A DNA stretch of 64,000 bases, taken from the NCBI RefSeq assembly GCF_004010195.1, contig NC_057711.1:76703674-76767673 (forward strand), in the 5' to 3' direction. Positions 1 to 12,560 of the stretch are shown here, one piece after another. Within the stretch, counting starts at the first letter, position 1; the number at the start of each line of letters is the position of its first letter. Below the pieces are notes generated by a model. The model was not told the DNA's origin and made no database searches. It worked only from the letters and a program-made list of their open reading frames with translations. Origin of the DNA: Chiloscyllium plagiosum. Taxonomy: Eukaryota. A program made the translations under genes and the position numbers.

Positions 1-300
1 TCACCCTGACAGGAATATACTTTCTCTGGATTCTTGTTACCTCATTTCTGAAGGCTTCCCATTTTCCAGCTGTCTCTTTACCTGCGAACATCTGCCTCCA
101 ATCAGCTTTCGAAAGTTCTTGCCTAATATCATCAAAATTGGCCAATCTCCAGTTTAGAACTTCAACTTTTAGATCTGGTCTATCCTTTTCCATCACTATT
201 TTATAACGAATAGAATTATGGTCGCTGGCCCCAAAGTGCTACCCCACTGACATCTCAGTCACCTGCCTTGCCTTATTTCCCAAGAGTAGGTCAAGTTTTG
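1..300 (-). mobile_element. CR1 LINE fragment (ORF2 endonuclease end/tether region)
   Basis: Bases ~205-300 are the near-exact reverse complement of 8198-8290 (AKLDLLLGNK...VSVGEHFGASDHNSI) in the CR1 at 7555-10241; the fragment runs off the window start. Confidence 0.85.
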
Positions 301-1466
301 TCCTGGACCATTTTAGTAGAAACAGGATTGGGGAAGGCTTGGTGAGTGCTATCTCTCTGTAAGTGACAGGTAGTAAATTGGGGCAATTTAACGGCCTATT
401 TCAGGCCAATGTTCTGAATTTTGCACACATACCTATTGGACATCCATGGGATCCAAAGCATGGACAATGTATGGAGATGGCCACCCAAGGGCGAGTGTGA
501 GTGATTTAGCAACATACTTTGGTGCACATACTGCAGTTGCAATATGTCTACTTTATAAAATTTTTGAAAAGTCTTCAATGTCACCTCCATCTTGATGTAT
601 TCTCTCCTTTACCTGCCTACATCAGCAGTTTCCATCTCCGACAATGTGTCTGCCAAGCTCTCTATTGGGCAAATGCTGTCTTGTAAGCCTACCCTCCATT
701 CTAATGAGGAACGGAGAAGCAGCTACATAATTGCTGACCTGTTCAAATGTCTCAATCTCTCTGAATTTCAAAGTTTGTTTCCAATCAGCATTGCCTCTTG
801 ATGTCGGGATGAGGATCCACAAATGAATACTCGACCCACTGAGGGCTTAATTATCTTTGTCATCAGCTATTCTCTTCATCGTAAGGCAAGAGGAAGCTGC
901 AGAAACCAAAAATCCCAAATAATGAAACATTTAATAAATATTTTCATTATCCCTTTAGAGATTCCTGACTCCATAACTACAAAGTAAACAAAAACACTCA
1001 ATTCTCATAGCAACAAGTCTCTAAACAAAGGAAAGGAATTAAAATGAGAGCAAAAGCTAAGAATGTTGTATTACCACTTTAGTTCTCCTTATATGTCATA
1101 ATAGTTTAAAAGGTTAAGTGGTACAATTACAGTGTGTTAAATTTGGGAAACCTGAAGTTTCAGTTTCATCAAAGTTCTTAGCCATTCTTGTTCAAAGAAT
1201 AGCAAGTATAAATTTCTGCTTGTGATAAGCCCAAATTTCAAACTGGTAATTCGAGATTTCCCAAACTTGTTTAAACTTATTACATGAATAAGGTGTGTAA
1301 TAAGTGTTGAATTAAGGCACACAAGAGCATTAAATCCAGGAGCTATTGGCAAGCCATCACTTCACATTGAGATCTTCAAGTGAAAGGACATACAAAGCCT
1401 CCACACTGTCTGTGCTGACCTTATCTGTTGGAGTGGAAACAACAACACACAGCAGCAATACGAGAT

Positions 1467-1660
1467 GAAACAAAAACAGAAATTGCTGGAAAAAGTTCAG
1501 CAGGTCTGGCAGCATCTGTGGAGAGAAATCAGAGTTAACATTTTGGGTTGAGTGACCCTTCCTCAGAACTGGTTCTGCCAGATGCTGCCAGACCTACTGA
1601 GCTTTTCCAGCAATTTCTATTTTTGTTTCTGATTTACAGCATCCACAGTTCTTTCAGTTT
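1467..1660. mobile_element. Penelope-like terminal-repeat hairpin with decayed hammerhead core
   Basis: Inverted arms 1467-1519 and 1579-1629 (ctggaaaaagttcagcaggtctggcagcatctg / cagatgctgccagacctactgagcttttccag). The minus strand reads CTGAGGA-agggt..accc-aaaatgtt. Same family as 31680-31853. Confidence 0.7.
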
Positions 1661-1959
1661 TTATTTTGCAATAAGAGATGATTGGTTTCAAAGTGATCTT
1701 GCCCATGTTTTGAATGAGTATGTACCAAAAGACATTGCTAATATCGAAGTAATAGGACTATTTAAAAGGTTTATTAGTCGGATCACATTTCCATTTTAAA
1801 ATGAACGTAAAATAGTGGAAAGAGTAGAAAGACACTTGTCACTTCTGTGATGTGTGCCAACCTGAATGGCACCAAAAGACTTCCACTTCTTGTGAAAGTG
1901 AAGTTCAAAAGCCACATTACTTTGTAAATGTCAAAGCCCTGCACAAGTACGACCAGGTT

Positions 1960-2325
1960 GTTAAAACCATCTGATGATCTCCACAATTTTTGAGGTAGGG
2001 ATCATGAAATAGGACAAAATACATTAATGAAAGACATGGAAGATTGTTATGATTGCAGACGACTGCCACTCATACCCCAACATTGCTGGTCTCAAGAGCG
2101 TCAAGCTGGCATTCTTGCCTCCTAGCACCATGGGCAGACTGCAGCCAATGGAACAGGAGCGATTAAGAGGGTAAAAAAGAGGCTGATGGGAACTGATCTC
2201 TCAGCATATCGAGGAATTTCATAGGAAGCAGAAGTACAACCCATCTCTTCTGGAGGTCATGATCATAATGAAGAAGAAGTGGAAGATGGTGAAGGAAACC
2301 ACACATGCCAACTGTTGGATTCAAA
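1960..2325 (+). pseudogene. Tigger/pogo DDE transposase relic
   Basis: From 2040 it translates KIVMIADDCHSYPNIAGLKSVKLAFLPPSTMGRLQPMEQ (cf. Tigger RKIxLxxDNCxAH...FLPPNTTSxLQPMDQG), later LLEVMIIMKKKWKMVKETTHANCW. Stops and frameshifts are present. Not in the ORF track. Confidence 0.8.
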
Positions 2326-2437
2326 CACACTACAGCTACACATGATTCTGAAGATCAAGCTATATGCATGTATGCAAATCAGATTACATCAGCACCTCCT
2401 TGGCAATTTCAAAGCTTCATTCAATTTTTAAAATAGA

Positions 2438-2528
2438 CCACAGGAGGCTGGAAGAACACAGCAGGCCAGACAGCATCAGAAGGTGGAGACATTGACGTTT
2501 CGGATGTAACCCTTCTTCAGGACTGGGG
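2438..2528 (-). mobile_element. Penelope-like terminal-repeat fragment with minimal hammerhead core
   Basis: The minus strand of 2494-2520 reads CTGAAGA-A-GGGT-tac-ATCC-GAAAC-GTC, followed by the gatgctg..tggcctgctgtgttcttccagc tail shared with the other copies. Confidence 0.7.
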
Positions 2529-4148
2529 TCGACTTCTTTTGTCTCATTTAATTTGTAGGAAAATCACCTGGGATTTGACTAGTTAGGGTTTTACCATAAT
2601 TGCATTTAAAATGGCATGGGTGATGTTTGTGATCAATAGTGAAAACTTCACAATTAACTTACAACCTTCAGAGAAGAGACAATGGATGTGTCAGACAATG
2701 TAAAATACAAAAAAAAACAAGAATGATGACGCTACAGCATATTTCACTACACTGGGACACAGAATAAGCTTATTTTCTTCCATGATTCCTATTAATTCCA
2801 TTGTACACTAATGGAAATTACATTAGTTGCATAAATATGAGCTCATTTAGACTGAAATTATTTACCTTATAATCACTCAGGCAGCATTTTGTTCATGGCA
2901 GGGACAGTAAGTAACAAAGATGAAGTTAGTTAATCAGCAGTCAAAAAACAAAAACCTGAGGTGGTTTGGGCTGGGGCTCTTAAGCAGAAAGAAAGATGCT
3001 GAATTTTGGTGTTTACAAATAGAGTGAACAGCACGGGAACAGGCTATTTTGCCTAGCAATCACTAATGTATTAACACTTGAAAATCTCTCCTGACATTTT
3101 CCTCAACTCACCCTACCAACGTAACATTTTTCTATTATGTCTTTATCTAGTTACTTCTTGAATGCATTAAGTTATTTTTATTCAAGAATGCAGATTTTTG
3201 CATTGCTGAATCAATACGTTTCTGATTTGTAAACAAGCAGATGCAGGAATTTGTCCCAGCTTGATGAAAATTAGTATAATTGATTCTCACGATGCAAATT
3301 GCAGAATGTGTGCTTCTGATAGACACTTGCTACATTATTGGATAGCACTCATGGTATCTTCATTCACATCAGAAGCCAGATATTCCAGTTGATAGTGTTA
3401 TCTGTTTCCTAACAGGCATTTCAGTTATCTGTGAGGTAACTGCAAACTACCAACCAGTGACTCTTCTATATCTTACTGTATTGGTGAGGATCTCAAGCAT
3501 ATCAGTAAATATGTGCACACCCATTCAGGAAACTTCATTTGAAGAGAAAAAAAACAATGAGTCGTTAATCCCCTTCTCTCAAAGGTATATAAATTGGAAG
3601 CTCTTTGCAAGAGTTCTGAAAAGTTGTTGAAATCCGTAATTTGTTTTGTGAGCATTTGGAAGGCATTATATTATTCTGAATGGCCCCTGAGTATACAAAT
3701 TCCGAGTCGCGAGAATGAGGGAAATGGAGCAAAAGGAACCGTGAAGACAGATGATCTCAGTAAGAGAAAGAGACTCAAAAGGAAGACTTATCCATCTAAA
3801 ATCTTTAAGAAGCACTTCTCTAAGTGTACCTAAACCAGGAATAATGTGGTTAGTGTCTGCATTTCACCATTAAGATGGTTGCAACTGGAACTGTGCCACC
3901 TCTTAGAACTTGACCTGCAGCCTCATGCAGGGAAAGAATGGCACTGCTAGTGGCTGCTAAGGTTACAGTGATTTTGAATTTTGGTGCCAGTGGGATATTC
4001 CAGCCAAGAACAGACAGCACGGTAAACGTCTCACAGTTTATCGTCTGTTGCTGCTTTCAGGAGGTCACACAAGCTTCAGACAGCTGGTGAGAGGACTGCA
4101 TTGTCTTCTTTTAAAAAGTGGCAAGGAGGAACTTGAGTGCAGGGAGCT

Positions 4149-4200
4149 ATTGGTTGCATACACATGACTTCGCCAGCACTGAACTGCACCTTTATATAAG
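4149..4200 (+). promoter_or_regulatory. Candidate Pol II core promoter (inverted CCAAT + TATA)
   Basis: ATTGG at 4149-4153 and TATATAAG at 4193-4200 in non-repetitive sequence; possible donors near 4459 (GTAAGC) and 4491 (CAG/GTTAGT). Motif evidence only. Confidence 0.25.
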
Positions 4201-4834
4201 AGTGTGACTGAAGAAACTATCCAGGTACTGCTTCCTTTCTGTGATGTGCCAGTGTCTCAAATTTACACTCCAGCTCAAGATTCAGAGCTGGACAGATTTC
4301 AGACAGAGCCATCAACTGCAGAATTGTTCAGGTTGGTCTTGCTGTCCATAACTTCTAACATACTGCACTCGAGATACAACCTCCTACATTTTCTTAGATC
4401 CCATGTGCTGTTGCTTTTCTATCTATAGAACCTTCTGAACGGTGTCATTTAAATACATGTAAGCTATTCCTCCAAAGAAAATTCCATCCAGGTTAGTCAA
4501 ATATGACCTTCCCTTAGCTTATCCATGATGATTTGCAACTGCAACAACCAACCTTACTGACCAAGTCATGTGCATTTATACACATTCCAAATTAATTGCC
4601 TCACAGTTTCCTTCTGGCTGATCTCATATTTCCAAACTAGTTATTACCCTGCTGCTGTTTGAGTCTTCTACTCACTTTTACTTTCATCTTAGTGCCCCAA
4701 CTAGTTTTAATTAATTCTGGATATTAAATTTCAGTTAAAAAAGCAAACTAGCAGGCAGCACTGATAGCAGATGAGGCTGAGAGATCTGGAGCTAAGATGG
4801 ATAAGAAGTACAGAGAGGCCAAGAAGAGGTTACA

Positions 4835-5053
4835 CAGTCGGTTCTCATACAATGTGATAATTCTGTTCTCGTGTGATCTCGCGTAATAAGAAAATCGTGC
4901 AATAGCTGTGCCATTTAAACTAATGGGGCCAGAATCACATTATACCCAATACAGGTAAAGAAAATTCGCACTCGACAGATAATGGTCTAAATTCTTCAAT
5001 CACCTTAAAACAAATTCGTGTTGAAGAAACACGTATTATATCATAACCGACTG
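4835..5053. mobile_element. Tigger/pogo-like MITE
   Basis: TIRs cagtcggtt.../...aaccgactg, right end followed by TA; ~220 bp, non-coding. Confidence 0.75.
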
Positions 5054-7274
5054 TAATAATTTAATTTTAGCAAAGGGTATGAAAATTAATGGGTGAGAGG
5101 TAAAATTCTGATAATATCAGAATTAATTCATCGCAATCATATACCTATCTTGCAATTTACAGAGTTAGTTGACATATGGTGATGTTAGTTTACGTTTCTG
5201 GCATGAAAGGAATAGTTTTACTCGACTAACCTACTGATGTAAAGCTTTTTCAGATGGATGAACATTTAAGGACTTGAGGGTGTACTACTCAAGATTTTCT
5301 GACATTTGAGACTTGAAAATTGTGGTCAGCATGTTATGTCAATTTTGGATATGCACCACTAAATTCTGGGAGGTTGCTGTTATGCAGCAGTCCGGATGCG
5401 AGAATGCACGTTACTTCCTGACAGTTTTCAGAGCAAGCAATTTCAGTTTCCCGTTTGTGGTCAATCAACAGTAGCATAGCAAACGGCTATACTTTTGCAG
5501 AATGATAGCATTCTCAAAATCAGGGGGTAATTTTGCCAACTTCAGAATCTTTCTGGAAATTGCAGCTTTCCCTTTATATAAAGCCAATTCATCATTCCAA
5601 CATGACCTGACCCAGAAGATTAATTCTCTACATGACTTTCATGAGATAAAAAGCTTATGGGAGGAAGCTCCTGCACCAATATCTCGACCACTGCCTGCAA
5701 AAGCACTGAGACACCCTCACTGATGCCTGGAAAGAAAGCCACTAGAACATCTGCCCGTCAAGCAGCTAAATGGACATAGTGAGTCTTCCTCCTGATTGAG
5801 GATCCCGGGATACAACTTGCTGTCTTCCTGGAACTGACACCAATCGAGGCTGCAAGCTCCAAACTTTGGTATCGCTACAGAGGAGACAGTGGCTGCTGCC
5901 AGTGCAGCAAACCTTTGGCCTGCAGGACAGAAGAGAAACCAGGGCCAAAGGTAGGTGTTGTTGGGATGGAGGCAGAGTTCCACGAGATGATGGTAGCAGG
6001 GACATTGGATTTATGGAGATTGGGATTTGGGTCGTGTGAGTAGCTCATGTCTGTGCTCTTGAGTAATTGTTAATTGATCACAAAGAATCTTAAAGTAGAG
6101 GCGGGCAGCCTGAGTTTTCTTACCCTGGGCCTTACTTGCGTGGAGATGGGAAGGCACTATGTTTCTTCCAGGCTTCCCACCTACCTTCTCACCACCTGAT
6201 GGCCCAGAGTCTCAGGTTTATATTTCAGTGGTAATGGCTCAAGACTTCCATTCTTTCCCAGGTTGTGAGCTGAGTATCAGAATAAAGAATTCCATTCACA
6301 TCCCAGTAGTATAGTTGAGCACTTATTTGTTGAAAATACACTTCAGGTTTAAAGATGAATCAGAAGCACCATACAAGATATTCCAAGTAGAAGTTGCTGG
6401 ATCATGGTTCATCTGACAGACAGCATCAACGTTCCTGTCTTGACATTGATCTGACAGAAAGAAAACTTAATGTTATCAGTGAGATCAGTGAGCCCTGCCA
6501 TCTGATTGCAAAACATATCTAAGTTGAGCAAGGTAGACATCTCCAAATTATCAGACAGGATCTCTTTGCCTGCATCTGCAGTTCTTATTTGGAGACAGTT
6601 TTACTGCTACCAAACATAAATTCTATCTTGTGACTGCATCCCTATCTGTTCCCCCACTGCCCACTTGAGATGAATTATAATCTTAGAGCTACGTTTGTTG
6701 GAAAGTACATTTTTAAAAAAATCTGTATTTTAATAAAGCCATTTGTGTAGCAATGCCAGGGACAAGATCTCTAATCTTCAAAGGAAGTTAATTCTTTCAT
6801 TCTTCAGAGGTTTGAAACTGATGCCTCTGATATCTGCTATTTGGCTCTGCTGCTTACTCCAAAAAGCCACACTGCTGAGACTTGAATGCATTCCATCCTC
6901 AAAGGTAGACTCTCATAAACAGATGCCTCCAAACACCTATATGTTTGCTCTTGCATACGTGTTCATGCATACAGTTATTCATTCAACAAATGTGGTAAAA
7001 ACAATTTTAATATAAATTTATATATTGTGACTGTTTTAAAACACATTATAACAGCTCTACTAAGGTGACTGCTATAATTGCGTGTCCTGACTTCGAATGA
7101 CCTACCAGAAACTCTTCGGAATGTTTGGCTGCTAACTCTAGTTTTGGAGATTTGTAAAAGCAAGGACATTATTAAACTAGTATCCAGCTTGTGTTTTTGT
7201 ACTTGTTAGTAACGGAATGATCTCTTTATCCTTTCCAATTCCATCTCTCCTTGTATGTTTGTAGGTATGCCTGT

Positions 7275-7554
7275 ATAGACAATAGACATTGGGTGCAGGA
7301 GTAGGCCATTCTGCCCTTCGAGCCTGCACCACCATTCAATATGATCATGGCTGATCATCCTTAATCAGTATCCTGTTCCTGCCTTATCTCCATAACCCTT
7401 GATTCCACAATCCTTGAGAGCTCTATCCAACTCTTTCTTAAATGAACCCAGAGACTGGGCCTCCACTGCCCTCTGGGGAAGAGCATTCCACACAGCCACC
7501 ACTCTCTGGGTAAAGAAGTTTCTCCTCATCTCTGTCCTAAATGGTCTACCCCGT
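7275..7554 (-). mobile_element. CR1 LINE 3' end
   Basis: Reverse complement of a CR1 3' terminus (NFFTQRVVAVWNALP-encoding segment, ggcctactcctg 3'UTR, short tandem tail). Confidence 0.8.
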
Positions 7555-10241
7555 GAGGAAAGAGATCATTCTGAGACTGGTACAGTTGACAACAGAAGTG
7601 AGTCAAACAGTCAGGGCAGGCAGGGACAAGGTAGGACTAATAAATTAAATTGCATTTATTTCAATGCAAGGGGCCTAACAGGGAAGGCAGATGAACTCAG
7701 GGCATTGTTTCGGAACATGGGACTGGGATATCATAGCAATTACAGAAACATGGCTCAGGGATGGTAGGACTGACAGCTTAATGTTCCAGGATACAACTGC
7801 TACAGGAAGGATAGAAAGGGAGGCAAGAGAGGAGGGGGAGTGGCAATCTTTGGTAAGGGATTGAATTACAGCCGTTCTGAGGGAGGATATTCCCGGAAAT
7901 ACATCCAGTGAAGTTATTTGGGTGGAACAGAGAAATAAGAAAGGGATGATCACCTTATTGGGAATGTATTATAGACCCCCTAATAGCCAGAGAGAAATTG
8001 AAAAACAAACTTGTAAGGAGATCTATCTGTAAGCTATCTGTAAGAATAATAGGGTGGTTATGGTAGGGGATTTTAACTTTCCAAACGTGGACTGGGACTG
8101 CCATAGTATTAAGGGCTTAGATGGAGAGAAATTTGTTAAGTGTGTACAAGAAAATTTTCTGATTCAGTATACGGATGTCCTGACTAGAGAAGGTGCAAAA
8201 CTTGACCTACTCTTGGGAAATAAGGCAGGGGAGGTGACTGAGGTGTCAGTGGGGGAGCACTTTGGGGCCAGCGACCATAATTCTATTCGATTTAAAATAG
8301 TGAATGGAAAAGGATAGACTAGAACTAAAAGTTGGAGTTCTAAATTGGAGAAAGCCAATTTTGACGGTATTAGGCAAAAGCTTTCAGAAGCTAATTTGGG
8401 GCAGATGTTCTGGAATGGCTGGAAAATGGGAAGCCTTCAGAAATGAGATAATGAGAATCCAGAGAAAGTATATTCCTGTTAGGGTGAAAGGAAAGGCTAG
8501 TAGATATAGGGAATGCTGGATGACTAACGAAATTGAGGGTTTGGTTAAGAAAAAGAAGGAAGCATATGTCAGGTATAGACAGAATAGCTCAAGTGAATCC
8601 TTAGAAGAGTATAAAGGCAGTAGGAGTAAACATAAGAGGGAAATCAGGAGGGCACAAAGGGGACATGAGATAGCTTTGGCAAATAGAATTAAGCAGAATT
8701 CAAAGAGTTTTTGCAAATACATTAAGGACAAAAGGATAACCAGGAAGAGAATAGCACCCCTCAAAGATCAGCAAGGCGGCCTTTGTGTGAAGCCGCAGAA
8801 AATGGGGGAGGTACTAAACGAGTATTTTGCAACAGTGCTTACTGTGGAAAAGGGCAAGGAAGATATAGACTGTAGGGAAATAGATGGTGACATCTTGAAA
8901 AATGTTCATATTACGGAGGAGGAAGTGCTGGATGTCTTCAAACACACAAAGGTGGATAAATCCCCAGGACCTGATCAGGTGTACCCTAGAACTCTGTGGA
9001 AAGCTATGGAAGTGATTACTGGGCTTCTTGCTGAGATATTTGTATCATCGATGGTCACAGGTGAGGTGCTGGAAGACTGGAGTTTGGCTAACGTGTGCCA
9101 CTGTTTAAGAAGGCATGGTAAGGATAAGCCAGGGATAGACCAGTGAGCCTGAGGTCAGTGGTGGGCAAGTTGTTGGATGGAATCTTGAGGGACAGAATGT
9201 GCATGTATTTGGAAAGACGAGGACTGATTAGGAATAGTCAACATGGCTTTGTGCGTGGGAAATCATGTCCACAAACATGATTGAGATTTTTGAAGAAGTA
9301 ACAAAGAGGATTGATGAGGTCAGAGCAGTAAACATGATCTATATGGACTTCAGTCAGGCGTTCGACAAGGTTCCCCATGGGAGACTGGTTAGCAAGGTTA
9401 GATCTCATGGAATACAGGAAGAACTAACCATTTGGATACAGAACTGGCTCAAAAGTAGAAGACAGAGGGTGCTGGTGGAGGGTTGTTTTTCAGACTGGAG
9501 ACCTGTGACCAGTGGAGTGCCATAAGGATCGGTGCTAGGTCCCCTACTTTTCGTCATTTATATATAAATGATTAGGATATGAGCATAAGAGGTATAGTTT
9601 GTAAGTTTGCAGATGACACCAAAATTGGAGATGTAGCGGATAGCAAAGAAGGTTACCTCAGATTACAACAAGATCTGGACCAGATGGGCCAATGCGCTGA
9701 GAAGTGGTAGATGGAGTTTAATTCAGATAAATGCGAGGTGCAGCATTTTGAGAAAGCAAATCTTAGCAGGACTTACATACATAATGGTAAGGTCCTAGGG
9801 AGTGTTGCTGAACAAAGAGACCTTGGAATGAAGGTTCATAGTTCCTTGAAAGTGGAGTCGCAGGTAGATAGGATAGTGAAGAAGGTGTTTGGTATGCTTT
9901 CCTTTATTGGTCAGAGTATTGAGTACAGGAGTTGGGAGGTCATGTTGCAGCTGTACAGGACATTGATTAGGCCACTGTTGGAATATTGCATGCAATTCTG
10001 GTTTTCACACAGAGGGTGGTACGTGTATGGAATGAGCTGCCAGAGGAAGTGGTGGAGGCTGGTACAATTGCAATATTTAAAAGACATTTGGTTGGGTATA
10101 TGAATAGGAAGGGTTTGGAGGGAAATGGGCCGGGTGCTGGCAGGTGGGACTAGATTGGGTTGGGATATCTGGTCGGCATGGACGGGTTGGACCGAAGGGT
10201 CTGTTTCCATGCTGTGCATCTCTATGACTCAATGACTCTAT
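7555..10241 (+). mobile_element. CR1 LINE, near-complete but broken ORF2 (endonuclease + RT)
   Basis: ORF pieces YFNARGL, VGDFNFP, LDLLLG, SDHNSI (APE endonuclease); KSPGPDQVYP, YMDFSQAFDKVPH, SGVP and FADDTK (RT); (ctctatga)n tail at ~10220-10241; frameshifts and an internal deletion near 10000. Confidence 0.95.
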
Positions 10242-11274
10242 CAGGCCCTTTTCATTGCTTTACACCATCCAATTTTGGTAATCCCCACAAACTCCAAAAC
10301 ATTCATACTTCATCAATATTCTGTATTTCTCCCAGCTACAGTTGGCAGTATAAATTCAGCCAACTTATATTTCACCATTCCAACTTCTTTTTAAATAAAG
10401 AATTTACAACTGAGGTTATTAACCAAGCTTTGCTAGTTCCTTTGTCATTTCCTTCCTTGGTTTCTCATCCTTTTAACTACCTGATGCCTTTGTGATTTAC
10501 TAATGTTAAGGGTAACAATGCAGACTGCTTTTTACAGTTTCATTTTTAAATCTAAGAACATGAGGGATCTCTGCCTGATTTATTTGCGCCATACAACATA
10601 TTATGATTATGCCTGCTCCTTCAGATTTCATGAGGCCTTTAACTGTTGCCTATAAAAATTGAGAAAGGAAAATATATTGAGGGTGCCATTCATGCTGGTG
10701 AAACTGGCTTGTCCTTCACTCTAATTCCAATCAGATAATCTAGGTTTGGTCTCTCAACTGGTTGTTCTGTGTTCAACCTTTTGAAGTTTTTTCTCTTACT
10801 AGGTGCATTGAGGAGATCCTTTATTTGTTCAACATTTCAGTTTTTAAAAATTATTTGTTCATGGGTTGGGATACTGACTGGGTGTCATATATTGTCTTTG
10901 CGAAGGTGGTGGTGAGCTGGCTTCTTGAACCACTGCAGTCCATTTGGTGACTGCAATGCTGGTAGGCTGGACATTCCAGGTTTTTGACCCAATGACGCTG
11001 AAAGGATAGTGATATGGTTCCAGGTCAAAATGGTGTGTGGTTTAGAGAGGAACTTGCAGGTGATGAAGTTATCATGCAACTCATTGGGGGTAGAGGTGCT
11101 ATCCAACAAGAATTGGTGAATTGTCCAGTGCATCTTGTAGATCACAGTAGCCCACCCTTTTCACACAGAGAGCCAGATTTCAATTTTCCTCTTCTTCAGG
11201 GCGCTATTGAACAAATTTCAACAGAAGAGATTAAATTTTGTGAGAAATAATTCCTAAGGAATCACTCAACAACT

Positions 11275-11670
11275 GAGGGAGAGGCAATTGGCCTGGTGAT
11301 ATTATCACTGGCTTATTAATGCAGAAAGCCTTCCTAATGAAGGGCTTATGCCCGAAACATCAATTTTCCTGCTCCTCAGCTGCTGCCTGACTTGCTGTGC
11401 TTTTCTCCCACCACACTCCTGACTTATTAATCCAGAAACCCAGGTAATGTCCTAGGGACACGGGTTCTAATCCCACCATGGCAGATGGTGAAAATTGAAT
11501 CCAATTACAAATAAAAAGTGTACCATCCTTACCTGGTCTGGCCTACATGTGACAACAGACCCACAGCAATGTGAGTGGCTCTTAACTGCCCTCTGGGGCA
11601 ATTAAGGATGGGCAATAAATTTGCCTGACTAGTGACACACAAATTGCATGAGCAAGTATGAAAAAAAGCT
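11275..11670 (+). mobile_element. tRNA-derived SINE with CR1-clade tail, interrupted by a Penelope-like fragment
   Basis: A-box-like ggcctggtg, B-box-like gggttctaatccc, tail ggcaattaaggatgggcaataaat...aaaaaaa; related copies at 14385-14705 and 18930-19210 (minus). Confidence 0.7.
11331..11422 (+). mobile_element. Penelope-like hammerhead-bearing fragment with 19-bp target duplication
   Basis: CTAATGA-A-GGGC-ttat-GCCC-GAAA-CATC core, flanked by cttattaatgcagaaagcc (11312-11330) and cttattaatccagaaaccc (11423-11441). Confidence 0.75.
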
Positions 11671-12259
11671 TAATTCAATAAAAATGATCATTAAAAAATG
11701 CCAAACAGTTGAGCTAACTAATAAAACTACCTTTTGGCCTTTTTAGTTAAAAAGCAGAGCAAGAGGAAGATGACACTACGCCCCAAGTGTTGATCATCTG
11801 GGAAAGGTGGAAATGGTTGCCAAACTCAGATGGGTTTAATGAACACTGACATTTCATTCCTTTGTTAGCATACACACCTAGTAGACCTCAGGGGATTCAC
11901 ATAAAAATGAATTATTCCCAGTCTGGGTTTAATTCCTCTTGTAACTTGCTTTGTGGATAGATTTATGAAGATAGAAGTGAAAGGTGGTGTGTGTTTGCCT
12001 CACTGTCAGGGTTCATGCACACACACTTTCTTACCCAGTCACTTTCTCAGTCATGGTCCCTTCCTCACTCATGCATTCCTTTACTCATATATACTTTCAC
12101 TTTACCTCACCATCTCTCTCTCTCACACTCCTTTTCTCCTCCTCATTCATGAAGGCCCACCTCACACCAGGGCACCCCTATTTACAGCCTTAAATGCTTC
12201 TTTCAGGGCTTTTAGTTCCTCTATTAAGAACCGCAGTGGTTGACTGGAAAGGACCTTTG

Positions 12260-12560
12260 GCAGGCCATATTGTGATCCATGGTCTGACTATTGAACATTC
12301 TTCTTATTGATGGTGTACACTGCCATTGTGTATCCCTGATGAAGGGAGTGAATGTTGAAGGGGTGAATGGAATTCTAATCAACTGGGACAGTTTGTTTTT
12401 CTTTCACAACATCAAGCTTCTTGATTGTTGTTGGAGCTGCACCAATCCAGGCAAGTAGACAGTATTCCATCACAATCCTGACATGTGTGTTTTAGATGGT
12501 GGACAGACTATGAGGAGACAGAAGATGGGTTACTAGGTGTAGAGTTCAAGTGCTGTTTCT
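12260..12560 (-). mobile_element. Old CR1-clade LINE RT C-terminal fragment (second family)
   Basis: The minus strand encodes degenerate VRIVMEY.LLAWIGAAPTTIKKLD; same family as 16690-18690, 53830-54560 and 58960-59420. Confidence 0.6.

Noticed and set aside
396-830. Short ORFs 396-590 and 622-822 (possible decayed coding relic)
   Set aside because: No recognisable motif in the frames examined; stops present; cannot be assigned.
5640-6010. GC-richer stretch with LWEE...CLER, resembling a Harbinger Myb relic
   Set aside because: Similarity too weak to support by eye.
8304-9146. 280-aa ORF as a host gene
   Set aside because: It is the tether/RT-start segment of a frameshifted CR1 ORF2.
12336-12360. 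CTGATGAAGGG as a hammerhead core
   Set aside because: No helix II or GAAA follows, and it lies within an antisense LINE RT fragment.
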